Shown: in pieces, positions 53,001-64,000 of the stretch
Layout: the number at the start of each line of letters is the position of its first letter
Position numbering within the stretch: the first letter of the stretch is position 1
Source of the DNA: a virus
Lineage: Duplodnaviria; Caudoviricetes
Reading direction: 5' to 3' (one strand)
Length of the DNA: 64,000 nucleotides
IMG/VR virus record: IMGVR_UViG_3300010352_001543
Notes under the pieces: model-generated
The model's input: the letters and a program-made list of their open reading frames with translations, nothing else
Databases searched by the model: none
Told to the model about the DNA's origin: nothing
Translations under genes and position numbers: made by a program

Positions 53001-56000
53001 TCATCCTCATCATCCTCATGAATCATAATTTTTACGTCATTGTCAATTTGTTCAAGCAATTTATTTGTAAAAATTCTTTTTGATTCTACCGTTTTTGAAA
53101 ATGCAGGAATATTTGACCAATACGTTATCCATTTCGGAGTTTCATCTTCTTCTATCAAAATACACCATAATCTCTCTTTTAGAGATTTGTGTTTGTTATA
53201 TCCTATCCATTCCATTTTATTCCTCGTAGTTGGTTATATCTCCATGAAAGAGTTTATCATGGTTTTGACATTCATCGTCAATAATGTCAATTTTTCGTAT
53301 AACACCTTTTTGAGCTGAATAGTGATGACCCTCATAACTAAATTCAAAACCACTATCTCTCATACAAATTCCCATAAATTCACCATCTCTGGTTTTTAAA
53401 CCAACACCAGAGAAAACTTCTTCCAAAAGTATGCCTCTGTCTGAATCTACACTTATTTTCATTTTTTATTCTTTCCCAAAAATTTTAACTTTATTTTCCA
53501 TTAATTTGTAGAACAATTCTCTATGTTCATTAACTATATCAGATTCTTTTATTTGGTCGATATGAAAAAACTTCAATTCCGCAATGTCATCATTTGGTAT
53601 TGGATTTCCAAAGATATATTTAGCAGTAAAGAATGAGGTCATGATTTTATCGTACTCGGAACGATACCGCCAGTCATCGATTCTATGAGATGATAAGTAT
53701 GTAATATCTCCAATTTCAATTCCTGTCTCTTCTGAAACTTCACGCTTTACCGTATGCTCCAATGATGAATCTTTTATATCAACAAATCCACCAACAAATC
53801 TGTATTCTTTCTCGTGTGGTTTCCTTGCCATTAGAATTTCGAAATTTCTAATTATAGCAACGTCGACCGTTTGATAAGAAATATCGTACTTGTGGAAACT
53901 TCCATAAATTACACCTGCTCTAAAATCTTCAGAACATCTTGTATCATTTTTAATAGAATTTCTCATTTCAGTTGCTGAAGTATAAATGTTGGTGGAAATT
54001 TCTTTAGTTGGAAACTTACCTGAGTAGTAAGGAATAAATGAATCCCGGCTTCCATAGAGAACAACTGATTCATGTTTAACAATCTCATCTATTCTACTAT
54101 CAAGATTGTTGCTCCAATCCTTGTCATCCCTCATATCAGGAATTGATTGAACTATAACATTCGGATAAGCAGATTCGATCATAACCTTACGTGTGAAGAA
54201 GTCAAGTGGATTTCTTTTACTATTTTGGTTTGAAATACCAAGAAATATAATAACACGTTTGTGATTTGATACAACTTCATCTATCAAATTTCGATGTCCT
54301 TCATGAAGTGTCGCTGTTTGAAAACGTCCGACAATAACTGCTGTATCAAAAATTGTTTCTTTATTCATTCTCTTCCCTCAATTTTTATTATATTCATAAA
54401 ACTTATATGAATTATCTAATAATGACATTTCATTACTTTCTTTAATTAAAGTGTTTAACATTTCAACTAAAATATTATTTATTCTTCCAGACATACACGA
54501 TATATCTCCAACTAAATTATATAATTCATTTTTGAGTTCACTATATTCAGGCATGTTAAATTTATCTTTATCAAGTGGACGTAAAAGAGTTATCATATCT
54601 TTATTTGAATAAAATATCCTGGAATTAATACTTGATACATTACTATACATTTCGATCAATTCTAATCTCATTTTTTCTTCGTCGGGTAAATCTGTACTAT
54701 ATACTATCATCTTTTAACCTTCTTAGATTTGGGTTCCTCGTAAATATTACCAACGATTTTCATTGATTCATTGTCTATATACCGATCAATATAATATTCA
54801 TGATTTATTGATTTCCATACAAATTGTGATTTATCTTCGTTAAAATAGATTATACATTTATCTTTTAAGCGAGTATGATAAACTATATCTCCAGTGAATA
54901 TCTTCTTACCTTTAATATCTTTTTTACCTATATACTGCATTATATCAAATTCTTCATAATCAAATGGTGAAAATCCAATATATGGTTTGTCCCATGGAAT
55001 TTCAGGAGCGTCTCTTTCAAGACGCCTAAGTTCAAATTCGATAGGATCGTAAATCATTTTCTTATTTTCTTTGTCCCAAGCTCTGAATTCTAAATTATTC
55101 ATCATCTGAACTCGCTAACATTTGTAAAATATAATTATTTTTCCATTCATCATCTTTCAACTTTTTATAACGATCCAATGCTTCAGATGCTTTAAATCTA
55201 ACTTTATCCATTAATTCGTTTTCTATTTTAAGAATATATTTGATTGGATAGACTACTTCAAAATCAAATAATATTTTACTATTGTCAATATTATTCATAC
55301 CTATAAATAGACAATGTAACTCATCATTTTGATTACTAAGTGTGCATTTTATTTGTGGATCTTTTTTAACAAGATATTCCCAGTCTAAAGGAAATTCTTT
55401 ATTATTTCTTCTTATGTTAGAATCATAGAAATTTTTGGATATTATAGTATTATCTTTTCCACTATTAAATTGATCAATCATTTCTTTAGAAATTGATCGA
55501 TATAAATCTAATGGTCCAAACTTTTTCAAAATTCCCATTAATGTATTTTGTTTTGTATCTTTTTTCATCTTATCTCATATCCTTCTTTTTCGTAATCAAA
55601 TAAAATATTTCTAAATTTTTCTATAAGCTCATCACAAATTTTTGAACTTAGAAAATCACCATATTTCAAAAATGTTTCTTTTTCTATTTGTATATTGATA
55701 ATTGATCGATTAAGAAAATCTATTCTATTATAAGCCGATATAAAAGTTCTGTTCTTAACCGGTTGTTTAAAATTTTTAGTCTTCATTAATGCTCATCAAT
55801 TTCATAAGATTCACATTCTAATCTTGCAATACTATCATCATCCGAAAATTCTAAAAACGAAATACTAAAAATTTCACCTGTTTCGTTGAAAAAAGGTCTT
55901 ACATAATCAGCATTTGTAACCATTAAACATTTCATGTCACTAAAAGTATCACTTCTTGATTTGTTATTAGAAATCCAATTCAAAAAGAAATCTATGTCAG

Positions 56001-59000
56001 TTTTTTGAATTAATGGTACATCAATTGTTAAATCTTTTCGAAAAATACAATTGTAAAATGTCTTAGTTCCAATTGTTAGATTTATTTTCATTTTTTAATC
56101 AGTTCCTTCAAAAGCCTTATATGCTAAATCATAAATTACAATGACCGGAACCATTGTAGCATCTATAGTAAATAATGTGTATTCATCGATTTTGAAATGT
56201 CGTTGTACTGGCGTGTCAGCATATCCAACATACATTTTTGTTGATTCGTAATATTCTATCTCAGCTATAATAGTATGTTCGATTTTGGTGCTATATGATC
56301 CGATAACTGGATGACCTACTTGATATTGAATATTAGTGTTTAATATAATTAAACCTTTAATCTCATTTTTCATTTCTATTTTATTCCTTATTATACATTA
56401 TAAATGATGTTATTTCTTAATATTGCTTTCCAATTATCTTCTTGCTTTTTCAGATATAAAGCATATTGTTGATCGATATGTGCTTTTAATTTATTTGATA
56501 TATGTTGTTCTAAGTTTATGATGAAATCGTCCAAAAGATAAAATGCTGCTTCCCAAACATAATTCTTGTTATTTATTATGTTATATTTAAACGCTTCAGC
56601 ATAACAAAATAATCTATCGTCTTTAATACTAAAACCAACTTTAATATAATTAGCAGAGGAACTCCAACCATCACCAGGCCATGTTCTTCGATCAAAAATA
56701 TCAGGTTCTCCATAAGACATATCTAACCACTTACATTCTATTATTTCTGTTTCTTTTTTATGCTCGTTTATAAATTTGATTAATTTAAGCACCGTCTCTT
56801 TATCTGAGCTATAAACAATTTCTAATTTTTTTAATATTGTTCGTAATTTATTCTTTTCCAAAGTGGTGTCTCCATGCTTTTAAAATATCTTTATCGGTAG
56901 GCCAATGATCAATAACATAGAATAAGTCACAATAATTAATATGTTGTGATGTATTTAATCCTCTCCACCAAACACGAGCAGTATCTATCAATGCTTCATC
57001 TGAATTTTTATACTCTTCTATTTTCAAATTAGCATAACGCTCCATAGCATTTTCTAAACCTTTTTCTGTAAATGCTGGAGTTAATATCCACCAATCTGGA
57101 AATTCGCCATTGTTGTTATATTGGTATAATTTTAATTCGTTAGAAACTTTAAAATCTTCTTCTTTTAAAATATCTTCCATTACTTTTATCATTTTATCAC
57201 ATCCTTGTAAAGTTTCCAAATAATAGTAATATCTGTAGCGGATTTATTTTCCATTTCAGCTATTCTGTGTTTCATGTCATCTTCGGTGTAATGGTCTTCC
57301 ATGAAGCTGGAGTAAACGATCTTTTCATTTGTTTTCATTTTTTATTTCCTAAAAATATTAGTTGTTATTTAAATTATATAGTATAGACGTTGCTAATGGA
57401 ATTTTATTGTAAACAAAAAGAAAGAATTTTCAATTTATTTTGAAAATTCTTTCTACTAAGTTTTATAAAGAATGATTCTTTTTTACAGGTTCTTTATGAT
57501 TTCACAAATTCGTTGTTCGGTAATATTCTTTTCTGTTGTCTGGGTATCTTCCCATGTATCATACACAGTGGCTTCATATAATCCACTTTCGTTAAGAATA
57601 AACATTATTGAATCACCTTTTCCGTTATGTAAAGCAGAAAAATCAAAGGAAATTTCGCCCTTACTGTTAGTGTTACCGGAAAAATAATGATAACCTTTTT
57701 GATTCATTGTTGTGAATAACCATTTATAGTCCATTTTTTAATTCCTTATTATTTCTAAAATATTTTCTTTTGGTATATCGATTTCGTGGTAAGGATTATT
57801 AACATACTCAGAAACAGGGTATATCCGGCCACCAGCATCAAATACATCATAAACAGCATTGTCTATTCCTTTAACCTTGTAATGGCTCTTTACGTCTAAA
57901 TAATTAGCAAATTTCAACCATGTTCTACTATCTGACCAGAAACCGTTCTCTTCCGATACAACCTGTAAATCTTTTTTTATGTCATTGGATAACATTTCTC
58001 TTTCAATCCAACTCCATCTTTCTCCATATGATTTTACAAGTTCATGTGGAAGAGAAATAGAAGCAATTGAATGTCGATTCAATGCATACCGAACGGCCAT
58101 CCAACAAGTAGTCCATTCAACCGAGGTCAGTGGATTATTTTCCATTTTATTTCCTTATTATTTCTTTTAAAATATATTCTTCAATTTCATAAGTTCTGCT
58201 GATCTGACCGGATGGATCGATTGTGACTTTATTATAAGGCATACGAAATATCTTATCTTCAGGTGAAATTATTTTAAGGGAACCACAAGCCATATCATCA
58301 TATGCCCAAATTTGATCATTTACTATTATTTTCTTCATTTTTGTTCTTTTTTAAATATTTTTGATATATTTTTTCTAACTCTTCCATATCTTCTTCCGAT
58401 ATTTGTAACGCATAATCTGAGCTAGCATACTCCCAATTTACCATGCCTTCTTTGTCCTGTAACCGGCTGTATTTGGTTTCTATTATTTCGTCATCCAAAT
58501 GAATTTCAGTCGTTATTTCTGAAAGGGTCAATTCTTTAAGTTTAGAAATTTCCATTATTTTATTCCTTTTTCTTTATCTGTAAATCAAGTGGAATATTCT
58601 CTACTGTCCAATTTCCAATATCAAAAATTATCGTATTAATTTCCTTTCCGTCTATCCAGTCAATTGTTATAGCTTCTTTTTTGAAATCAACCAACATATG
58701 ACAGCTATCCGAGATATCATTTTTAAAAACTAAACTCATCAACATTGTTTCTGTACTGAAATGCAAAGTACCTGGTTGTATAAGAAAAGTTGTTTCCTCC
58801 TCTTCTACTGTTTGGACGAAACTTCCGTATCCAACCGGAAATTCAATAAATGAACAGTAAGAGTCATTCTCGTAATTTAATTTTTTAGTAATGTTACTGT
58901 CGGTGGAGGTATATATTTTAACTCCGGTTGTTAATATTGTACAATTATATTCTTGTGAACTGGTTCTGGCACAGTTGAACAATATTAGCAAAAGAATTAT

Positions 59001-62000
59001 TAAAGCCACATAAAGCGCTTTGGTGATGAGTGGATTTTCTTCTTCTTTAAATTTTCTATTCATATATTATTTCTTTTTTATAAATCAAAACCGGTTGGTA
59101 ATTTGACTGATGGATTATTTATGGTTATCATCATTTTCCATTGATGATCATCTTTTACTGGTTCATATTTAAAATCAGTAGGAATGTAGGTTAACTCAGG
59201 GAAATCATGATAATCATAGAATGTAAAAGAAGGTAAGTTCAAACAGGAGTGAAACCATATCAACCACTCTGCTCTTGTCCGGCCACCTGTAATGTGTTTA
59301 ATTTTATTTTTTATCATTTAGTAATTCTGCTATTTGTTGAACAAGTTCAAGTTGATACTCATTTCCTTCACTCCGACTTAACGCATATTGTAAATTTTTA
59401 AGATTAAGAAATATTTCCTGTAGTGTATCAGTTTCATAAACATGTAAATCAATTTTAAATGTTTTGTTACCATGATGTCTATCATCCGTACTATCAGTCA
59501 TCAAATCTTTCAAAGAATATTTGATGCTTAATTCATTACCAAAAGCATTGAACATATATCGTTTATACCAGTCCCAACGTTCTGAATTTTCATCTATTTG
59601 CTTTGTTTCTTCTTCAGTTAATCTAAGTTGTGTTTGTACTCTCATGTTATTAGACCCATTTAGAAGTGGCATATGCGATATAATCATAGAGGTTCGGACC
59701 ATAATGACTCATATTCTCTCTGACGCCGTATTTAATAATTTTACCGGTTCTGATATTTCTGCTTTCCCAAGTCCAGTACCCGTTTCCTTCTTCATCTTCA
59801 TCACTCCTGACCGGTAATGTAAGAACTTCACTTTCTACTCCTCTGCCATATTCGAATTCGTAATGTATGTCACCGATTTTGATTTCTTCAACTATTACAT
59901 TTCCTTTAGTAAATGTCATTACAACCATTCCTTAAATTGTTCAATAGATTTTACAAAGCAACTACAGAAATTTAAAAAGATAGGAAAATTAAGTCTTTGC
60001 TGTCTTTCAACATAATTTTTCCATTTTTCTCCAAAAAATTCTTTCCGGAGTCCTTGTGAAACTTCTAACTGTATTCCTTTACTTCTTAGATTTTTATTAC
60101 AAATGTTCTTAGATGAAACACCTTCTAAACCTTTCCTGATTTCTTGAGGAATAACGAACCCAGCTGATCTTAGTTGCATCTTAATTAAATTTTTCAGATC
60201 CGTATCAAGCCCCCCAATATACGAAAACGCATCCGCTTCATCCGCTCCATGTACAGAAATAGTAATATTTGTTTTTTCAAGTAGCTTGTCACATTCTTCA
60301 AATGAAAATTTACTTGAGGTGATATGAAGTGCTAAATTTGCTGGACCATCCGTCTGATTGTTTAATAGGCCATTAAACAGAAAATAGTTGTAGTTTCCTT
60401 GATTGGCTATTTCTTTTGCTATCTCACCGGTTCCTCCCTCGATTCCCCCGCTATGTATAGCTAAAATAGTAACATCTGAATCCCTGTCCAAATATTCGAT
60501 TGAGTAATCTTGATCTTGAACGTAGATAGTTTTAATTTCATTTACGCTTATGAACGTATCTTTTGTGTTATTCATATTTCTTATCTGCCCGTAACATTAT
60601 AGCATATAAAACTCCAAAGGAAACAACAAACATACCCATACATAAACCAGTTCCTAAAATTCGCCAAAATTCTGCTGGTATATTATTCATCTTACTTTAT
60701 CCTTTAAAATAAATTTAACATAAGAAAGATGTTTATTGTCGGTCTTCGGTATACATATATTTTTTATATAACCATCATAACCATAATCGACTTCAATGTT
60801 GTAATCGCTGTTATCTTTACAAAAATAATATTGATAAATAAAATTATAATTTTCGTTAATTTGAGCAAAATAATCCCCTTCTTTTATATCTGATATTTTA
60901 CATTCTACGAAGTTGAATGCACTATCGATAATTTCATTATCTGAAATCTTATAGTTTACTTCCACAATGGTTTTGTATTTTGACTCTATTCTATATCTAT
61001 GCATACCATCAAAAAAATAAATAATATTGCCATTTTTATCCAGAAACGGGAAGTCCTTTGCTGAATATTTTGGTTTTCGTAACTCATTTAGTTCGGCCTT
61101 TACCTGTTTAATTCTATCAATCATTTTTTGAGTTCCATCTATAAGCTCCTGGTAACCTGATTGAATAATATGTAAGTATTCTATTTCGTCTGTCATTTTT
61201 TAAATTTCCTTTAATATAAATTTTCGCTAATTAAAATTGGATTTTCTTTATCAACCGCCTCAAGTCCATACCTGATTTGTTTAGCAGCTAATGCAATTTC
61301 CCATGCTTCTTTCCTATCAACGAATCTGTCTAAATTTGTTATGAATCCTTGTGATTTTAAATTATGATATTTTCTTAATTTGATAGCCTCATCCAAACCA
61401 ATTAAATCAACAATAGTTGCAAAACAATTATGGTGTCGTCTACCGGATATAACATAGCCGGTTGATATATTTTTAGGTTGATGCTCATGAAACGCTCCAT
61501 CATTGACCCAAATTGCGGCACAAAGAATATGTTCCTTATATTTTATTTTATTTGCTTCATCGATTTCTGCTAAAATACATTTGGCTGCTTCTGCAATATT
61601 CGGTACTTCATCATAGGTAGTAAACAATTTCACTGCATCTAAGTATCTATATGGATACTTAGATTCAAAAGATTTCATGTATTCGATATGTTCCTCAACT
61701 GTTCCGGTTTCAACACTTGGTGGCTTTAATTCAATGATTTCTTCTTTAATTTCTTCTTTAATCGGTCTGTAAAATTTACAACTTGGTTTGTCTGTCATTG
61801 TATCATTTATAATACATTGATAATACATCCGTAAACCTTTTCTTACTCCTCGAGTATCCAACGAACATTTATATTTATGTGATTTCGGATTCTCATAAAT
61901 ATGTTCACATGTCGTGCATAAGCTATTCGGGTTCTTTACCATTTTTATCAAACCTTGAAAATTCTTTACATTTATCACATCGATGGACGTTGAGATGTCC

Positions 62001-63973
62001 AGCTATATGTTCACCTTTTAAATATCCATTCTCGTCCAAACCACATTGATAATGTATAACCAAACAATTGTTGGATGCCGATGTGTCAATAGATCCCGGA
62101 GCGGTATCAACACAATGTACCCGAGATCCTACATAAAGTAATTTACAATCCAAATCACAAAATTCACTATCCAAAACTCTAATTTTAAATTCTTTCATTT
62201 TAATTCCTACTAAACAAAACTTACTGAAAATATTTCATATACCATTGCTCGTATTTTGCTTACCGGCATATCCAACGGAACGAAACGCTCTTCAAATCCA
62301 AAATAAAATTCTATATTTTTGGTGGCCGGATTAGTTAACCTCTTTCTATCTATTTTAGCATATATAGAATTGTTTCCGTTTTTGGCTATGATTAAAAAAT
62401 CTTTGAAACTGTTTTGATTTTTGTTAAATTCAACAACAATCTCATCCAACCATTTTCCATCTAATTCTTCATCTTCTCTCATTTTCCAATTCCTTTTCAA
62501 TTTTCATATAATCAAATATTTTCACATAGTCTTTAATTTCTACATCATAATCGTAATCATAACCACAATCGGTCCAACTCTTACCAAAACTAATAATAAA
62601 ATTACATTTATAAATTCCTGGCTCTAAATCAAAATCCCATTCATTTAAATCTCCTTCATATTCGAGAATACTTTTTGCTCCATCATATGATGATGAATCT
62701 TCTTCAGATTCATAGGCAAATAAATCATAATCTAACATGAATCCTTTTTGCTCAGTACTTATTGCTATTATAATAGGAATTTTATAGCATCCTGAATATT
62801 CTTCTATCATTTTTATTTCCTTAGTTAAAAGAGGTGAAGTGCGATCAGGTCCGACCTGATTAAGCAGTTGTTACTTTCGCGTTCCGGTTCGCCACTACAA
62901 TCATTTAGCCACTTCACCCCAGTTAAATTATTTTAATATCATTATATTGTTTTTCTAAATCTTCTACAGTCGCTTTATTTTCTTCTAATTCTTTGGTAAG
63001 TTCTTTGATTCTTTTTTCTTTTTGTTCTATATTTTCATAAAGACGACCGATTTTGGTTTTTAGTGTTCTCATTTGGAAAAAACTTTCTAATTCTTCTTCA
63101 CTAAAATAGAACCTATCAACATCAATAAAGTTATCCTTTTTCCGATAGTCAGACCATAGTCTAATTTTAGTAGCTCCACCTTCTTTGAAACCCAAAGATA
63201 GAATCGGACGTAATTCGATAAAATACATTGGTCGTTTTAGTCGGTATATTGCATCCGGACCATATCGACCGAAATAACATCCATTGAAAACACCAAAGGT
63301 TGTATATTTAATTAGTTTACTCATAATTCAACAAAGCCTTCTGAAATTAATGCTTCTTTTATTGCTTCTTTGAGCATTTTATTTCCTTTGTCATAAATTC
63401 TGGTTAACTCATCCTCCACAAAGGTAACATCATCGATAAAATTTTCTCTCATTTCTTTCAACCGATCAGAATCATATATACCTTCATATAAGCATATATT
63501 AAAATCATTTTGAAAAAGAGAAGCAATATTTTGAATTTTAATTTTAAGATTGGTTATTCTATCAAACAATTGGTGTTGCCTTGTATTATCCATTATTTGG
63601 TTCTCCCGAATACACTATAGCCTATAATTTTACTAACTAATTCGAATTCCGTTTCTGGTGGTAAATGCTTTGACCAAATCTTTAATGCTCGAATAAAACT
63701 TTTAATAGAATAGATTCCATTAAATCCATCAAAACAGTCATATCCTTCTCTTACATATTTTTCGCTATTTTCTAATGTATCCCATCTACAATCTTTTAGC
63801 ATTGGATTGAATTTTCCTTTGTAGTAACATCGTAGGTTTCTATCAATGGAATCTACACAGAAAAAATGATGTCGTTTTCCACTATCATTCCGATTTTTAT
63901 GTACCTGCCCTTGATCTTTGAAAGATCCTTTTTTGATTCTCTGTCCTTTCGGAGCTTCATATTTTAATTTCAT
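47057..63973 (-). CDS. remaining tightly packed small hypothetical ORFs of the accessory region (likewise across 18-47 kb)
   Basis: Head-to-tail minus-strand ORFs with ATGA/TAATG overlaps and A-rich or AGGA leaders; no family recognised. Confidence 0.55.
48127..48585 (-). CDS. YopX-family protein
   Basis: LQYTGVDDDDG..LF..DIV, LGNIYEN. Confidence 0.8.
   Translation of the reverse strand: MNVANDLIEFNVYDKREKEFYIALTSISFENAPQGISQATFMNSLGEEKTVENKDLIFLQYTGVDDDDGQKLFRHDIVQVNDHFLSGIIGYIIKEDFDWSLYYPYSYESNKNVWMKHRLSRDGFPVPSIKKLGNIYENADIFECEVPPCHRL
50731..50836 (-). promoter_or_regulatory. repeat module H
   Basis: Hairpin plus TTTACAATAAAATTACATTAGCTACGTCAATATATTAT and AACTAATAATTTTAGGA. Confidence 0.85.
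52143..52658 (-). CDS. hypothetical protein, paralog family with 55095-55568 and 56391-56861
   Basis: Shared C-terminal pattern Y/F-I-x-x-I/L-E ... Y...Q/K..W-K. Confidence 0.6.
   Translation of the reverse strand: MIKQRMSKMTIVEKEARLFKILSLMGEISTGCHQVINPSSIIELLKTHQATLISTKEGYYWRYSGMEKLDVYNIEYWKADNINYLKYFYFKIIDGSLRLRFILKDCGGGHNNDDPKIIWECEISLPDSYIITIEIPIMGRFAEYVEREYKSYLSKQESDWKKNFVENILGE
53466..54368 (-). CDS. nadM: bifunctional NMN adenylyltransferase / Nudix ADP-ribose hydrolase (NadM-Nudix, NatV-like)
   Basis: VGRFQ...HEGH, RNPL, SATEMR, and Nudix box GGFVD...REVSEETG. Confidence 0.92.
   Translation of the reverse strand: MNKETIFDTAVIVGRFQTATLHEGHRNLIDEVVSNHKRVIIFLGISNQNSKRNPLDFFTRKVMIESAYPNVIVQSIPDMRDDKDWSNNLDSRIDEIVKHESVVLYGSRDSFIPYYSGKFPTKEISTNIYTSATEMRNSIKNDTRCSEDFRAGVIYGSFHKYDISYQTVDVAIIRNFEILMARKPHEKEYRFVGGFVDIKDSSLEHTVKREVSEETGIEIGDITYLSSHRIDDWRYRSEYDKIMTSFFTAKYIFGNPIPNDDIAELKFFHIDQIKESDIVNEHRELFYKLMENKVKIFGKE
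54707..55105 (-). CDS. YopX-family protein
   Basis: FRAWDKE, MQYIGKKDIKGKKIFTGDIV, VGNIYE. Confidence 0.85.
   Translation of the reverse strand: MMNNLEFRAWDKENKKMIYDPIEFELRRLERDAPEIPWDKPYIGFSPFDYEEFDIMQYIGKKDIKGKKIFTGDIVYHTRLKDKCIIYFNEDKSQFVWKSINHEYYIDRYIDNESMKIVGNIYEEPKSKKVKR
57347..57454 (-). promoter_or_regulatory. repeat module I
   Basis: Hairpin plus TTTACAATAAAATTCCATTAGCAACGTCTATACTATAT and AACTAATATTTTTAGGA. Confidence 0.85.
58560..59063 (-). CDS. secreted or membrane-anchored protein
   Basis: Hydrophobic N-terminal helix ALYVALIILLLILFNC followed by a beta-rich domain. Confidence 0.55.
   Translation of the reverse strand: MNRKFKEEENPLITKALYVALIILLLILFNCARTSSQEYNCTILTTGVKIYTSTDSNITKKLNYENDSYCSFIEFPVGYGSFVQTVEEEETTFLIQPGTLHFSTETMLMSLVFKNDISDSCHMLVDFKKEAITIDWIDGKEINTIIFDIGNWTVENIPLDLQIKKKE
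59919..60575 (-). CDS. poly-gamma-glutamate hydrolase family protein (PghP/YjqB-like)
   Basis: AIHSGGIEGGT, LHITSSKF, ISVHG, NICN...GIQLEVS zinc-hydrolase motifs. Confidence 0.85.
   Translation of the reverse strand: MNNTKDTFISVNEIKTIYVQDQDYSIEYLDRDSDVTILAIHSGGIEGGTGEIAKEIANQGNYNYFLFNGLLNNQTDGPANLALHITSSKFSFEECDKLLEKTNITISVHGADEADAFSYIGGLDTDLKNLIKMQLRSAGFVIPQEIRKGLEGVSSKNICNKNLRSKGIQLEVSQGLRKEFFGEKWKNYVERQQRLNFPIFLNFCSCFVKSIEQFKEWL
60687..61196 (-). CDS. hypothetical protein, intact paralog of 21245-21786
   Basis: DFP.L...C....IK.GD.F...Y..C shared. Confidence 0.65.
   Translation of the reverse strand: MTDEIEYLHIIQSGYQELIDGTQKMIDRIKQVKAELNELRKPKYSAKDFPFLDKNGNIIYFFDGMHRYRIESKYKTIVEVNYKISDNEIIDSAFNFVECKISDIKEGDYFAQINENYNFIYQYYFCKDNSDYNIEVDYGYDGYIKNICIPKTDNKHLSYVKFILKDKVR
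61211..61978 (-). CDS. fusion of Cys-rich domain (paralog of 23622-23822) and conserved phage domain
   Basis: MVKNP...C..C...KY.C...VRKGLR.Y; C-terminal ILCAAIW, GRRHHNC, QGFITN..RFVDR.EA, LISENLY. Confidence 0.6.
   Translation of the reverse strand: MINVKNFQGLIKMVKNPNSLCTTCEHIYENPKSHKYKCSLDTRGVRKGLRMYYQCIINDTMTDKPSCKFYRPIKEEIKEEIIELKPPSVETGTVEEHIEYMKSFESKYPYRYLDAVKLFTTYDEVPNIAEAAKCILAEIDEANKIKYKEHILCAAIWVNDGAFHEHQPKNISTGYVISGRRHHNCFATIVDLIGLDEAIKLRKYHNLKSQGFITNLDRFVDRKEAWEIALAAKQIRYGLEAVDKENPILISENLY
62831..62920 (-). ncRNA. candidate structured RNA (multi-stem junction)
   Basis: GC-rich intergenic island: 11-bp closing stem GGGGTGAAGTG/CACTTCACCTC, inner GTAGT/ACTGC stem with GC-GAAA-GT, hairpin ATCAGGT/ACCTGAT, then TTTT. 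Confidence 0.55.
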
Positions 63974-64000
63974 TATTTTGTTCTCCCAAATACTCTATTG

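Noticed and set aside
17246-57454. Repeat modules as a CRISPR array, IS ends or integron attC sites
   Set aside because: Copies are kilobases apart, always directly before start codons, with no spacers, transposase or integrase; terminator/promoter structure explains them.
74-62627. Plus-strand ORFs in the ORF track
   Set aside because: All are short antisense shadows of minus-strand genes, without RBS or recognisable motifs.
62831-62920. SRP RNA or c-di-GMP-I riboswitch
   Set aside because: Only fragments resemble them (plus-strand TCAGGTCCG; minus-strand GGCGAACC..ACGC); the CCGGAAGGAAGCAG core and the full P2/P3 architecture are absent.
1-64000. Stop-codon reassignment (code 4/15 or TAA)
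   Set aside because: Long genes are intact in code 11, and TAA, TAG and TGA all end genes at tight junctions; only two internal TAAs were seen.

Overview
Very AT-rich, densely coding segment of a large (jumbo-type, T4-like/myovirus-like) bacteriophage genome; essentially all real genes are on the minus strand and use the standard code. The left end (1-13 kb) carries a CHAP peptidoglycan hydrolase (cut by the window edge, missed by the ORF track), gp53-like and large baseplate/tail proteins, a DNA methyltransferase, a four-gene glycosyltransferase cluster, denV and queC. The rest (15-64 kb) is an early/accessory region of many short ORFs with NAD-dependent ligase, ThyX, Nampt, NadM-Nudix, a gamma-PGA hydrolase, YopX proteins and degenerate terminase and PolB fragments. 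It is punctuated by nine copies of a conserved terminator-hairpin/promoter/leader module. The most unusual signal is a repeated cassette: an AATATATAA promoter-like motif, small proteins with a T4-like capsid-targeting leader (MKKYVM.S.EFLNE), then non-canonical tRNA-like RNAs (intact acceptor, D and T arms but a replaced anticodon arm) ending at the terminator module. All family assignments come from motif recognition by eye; no searches were run.
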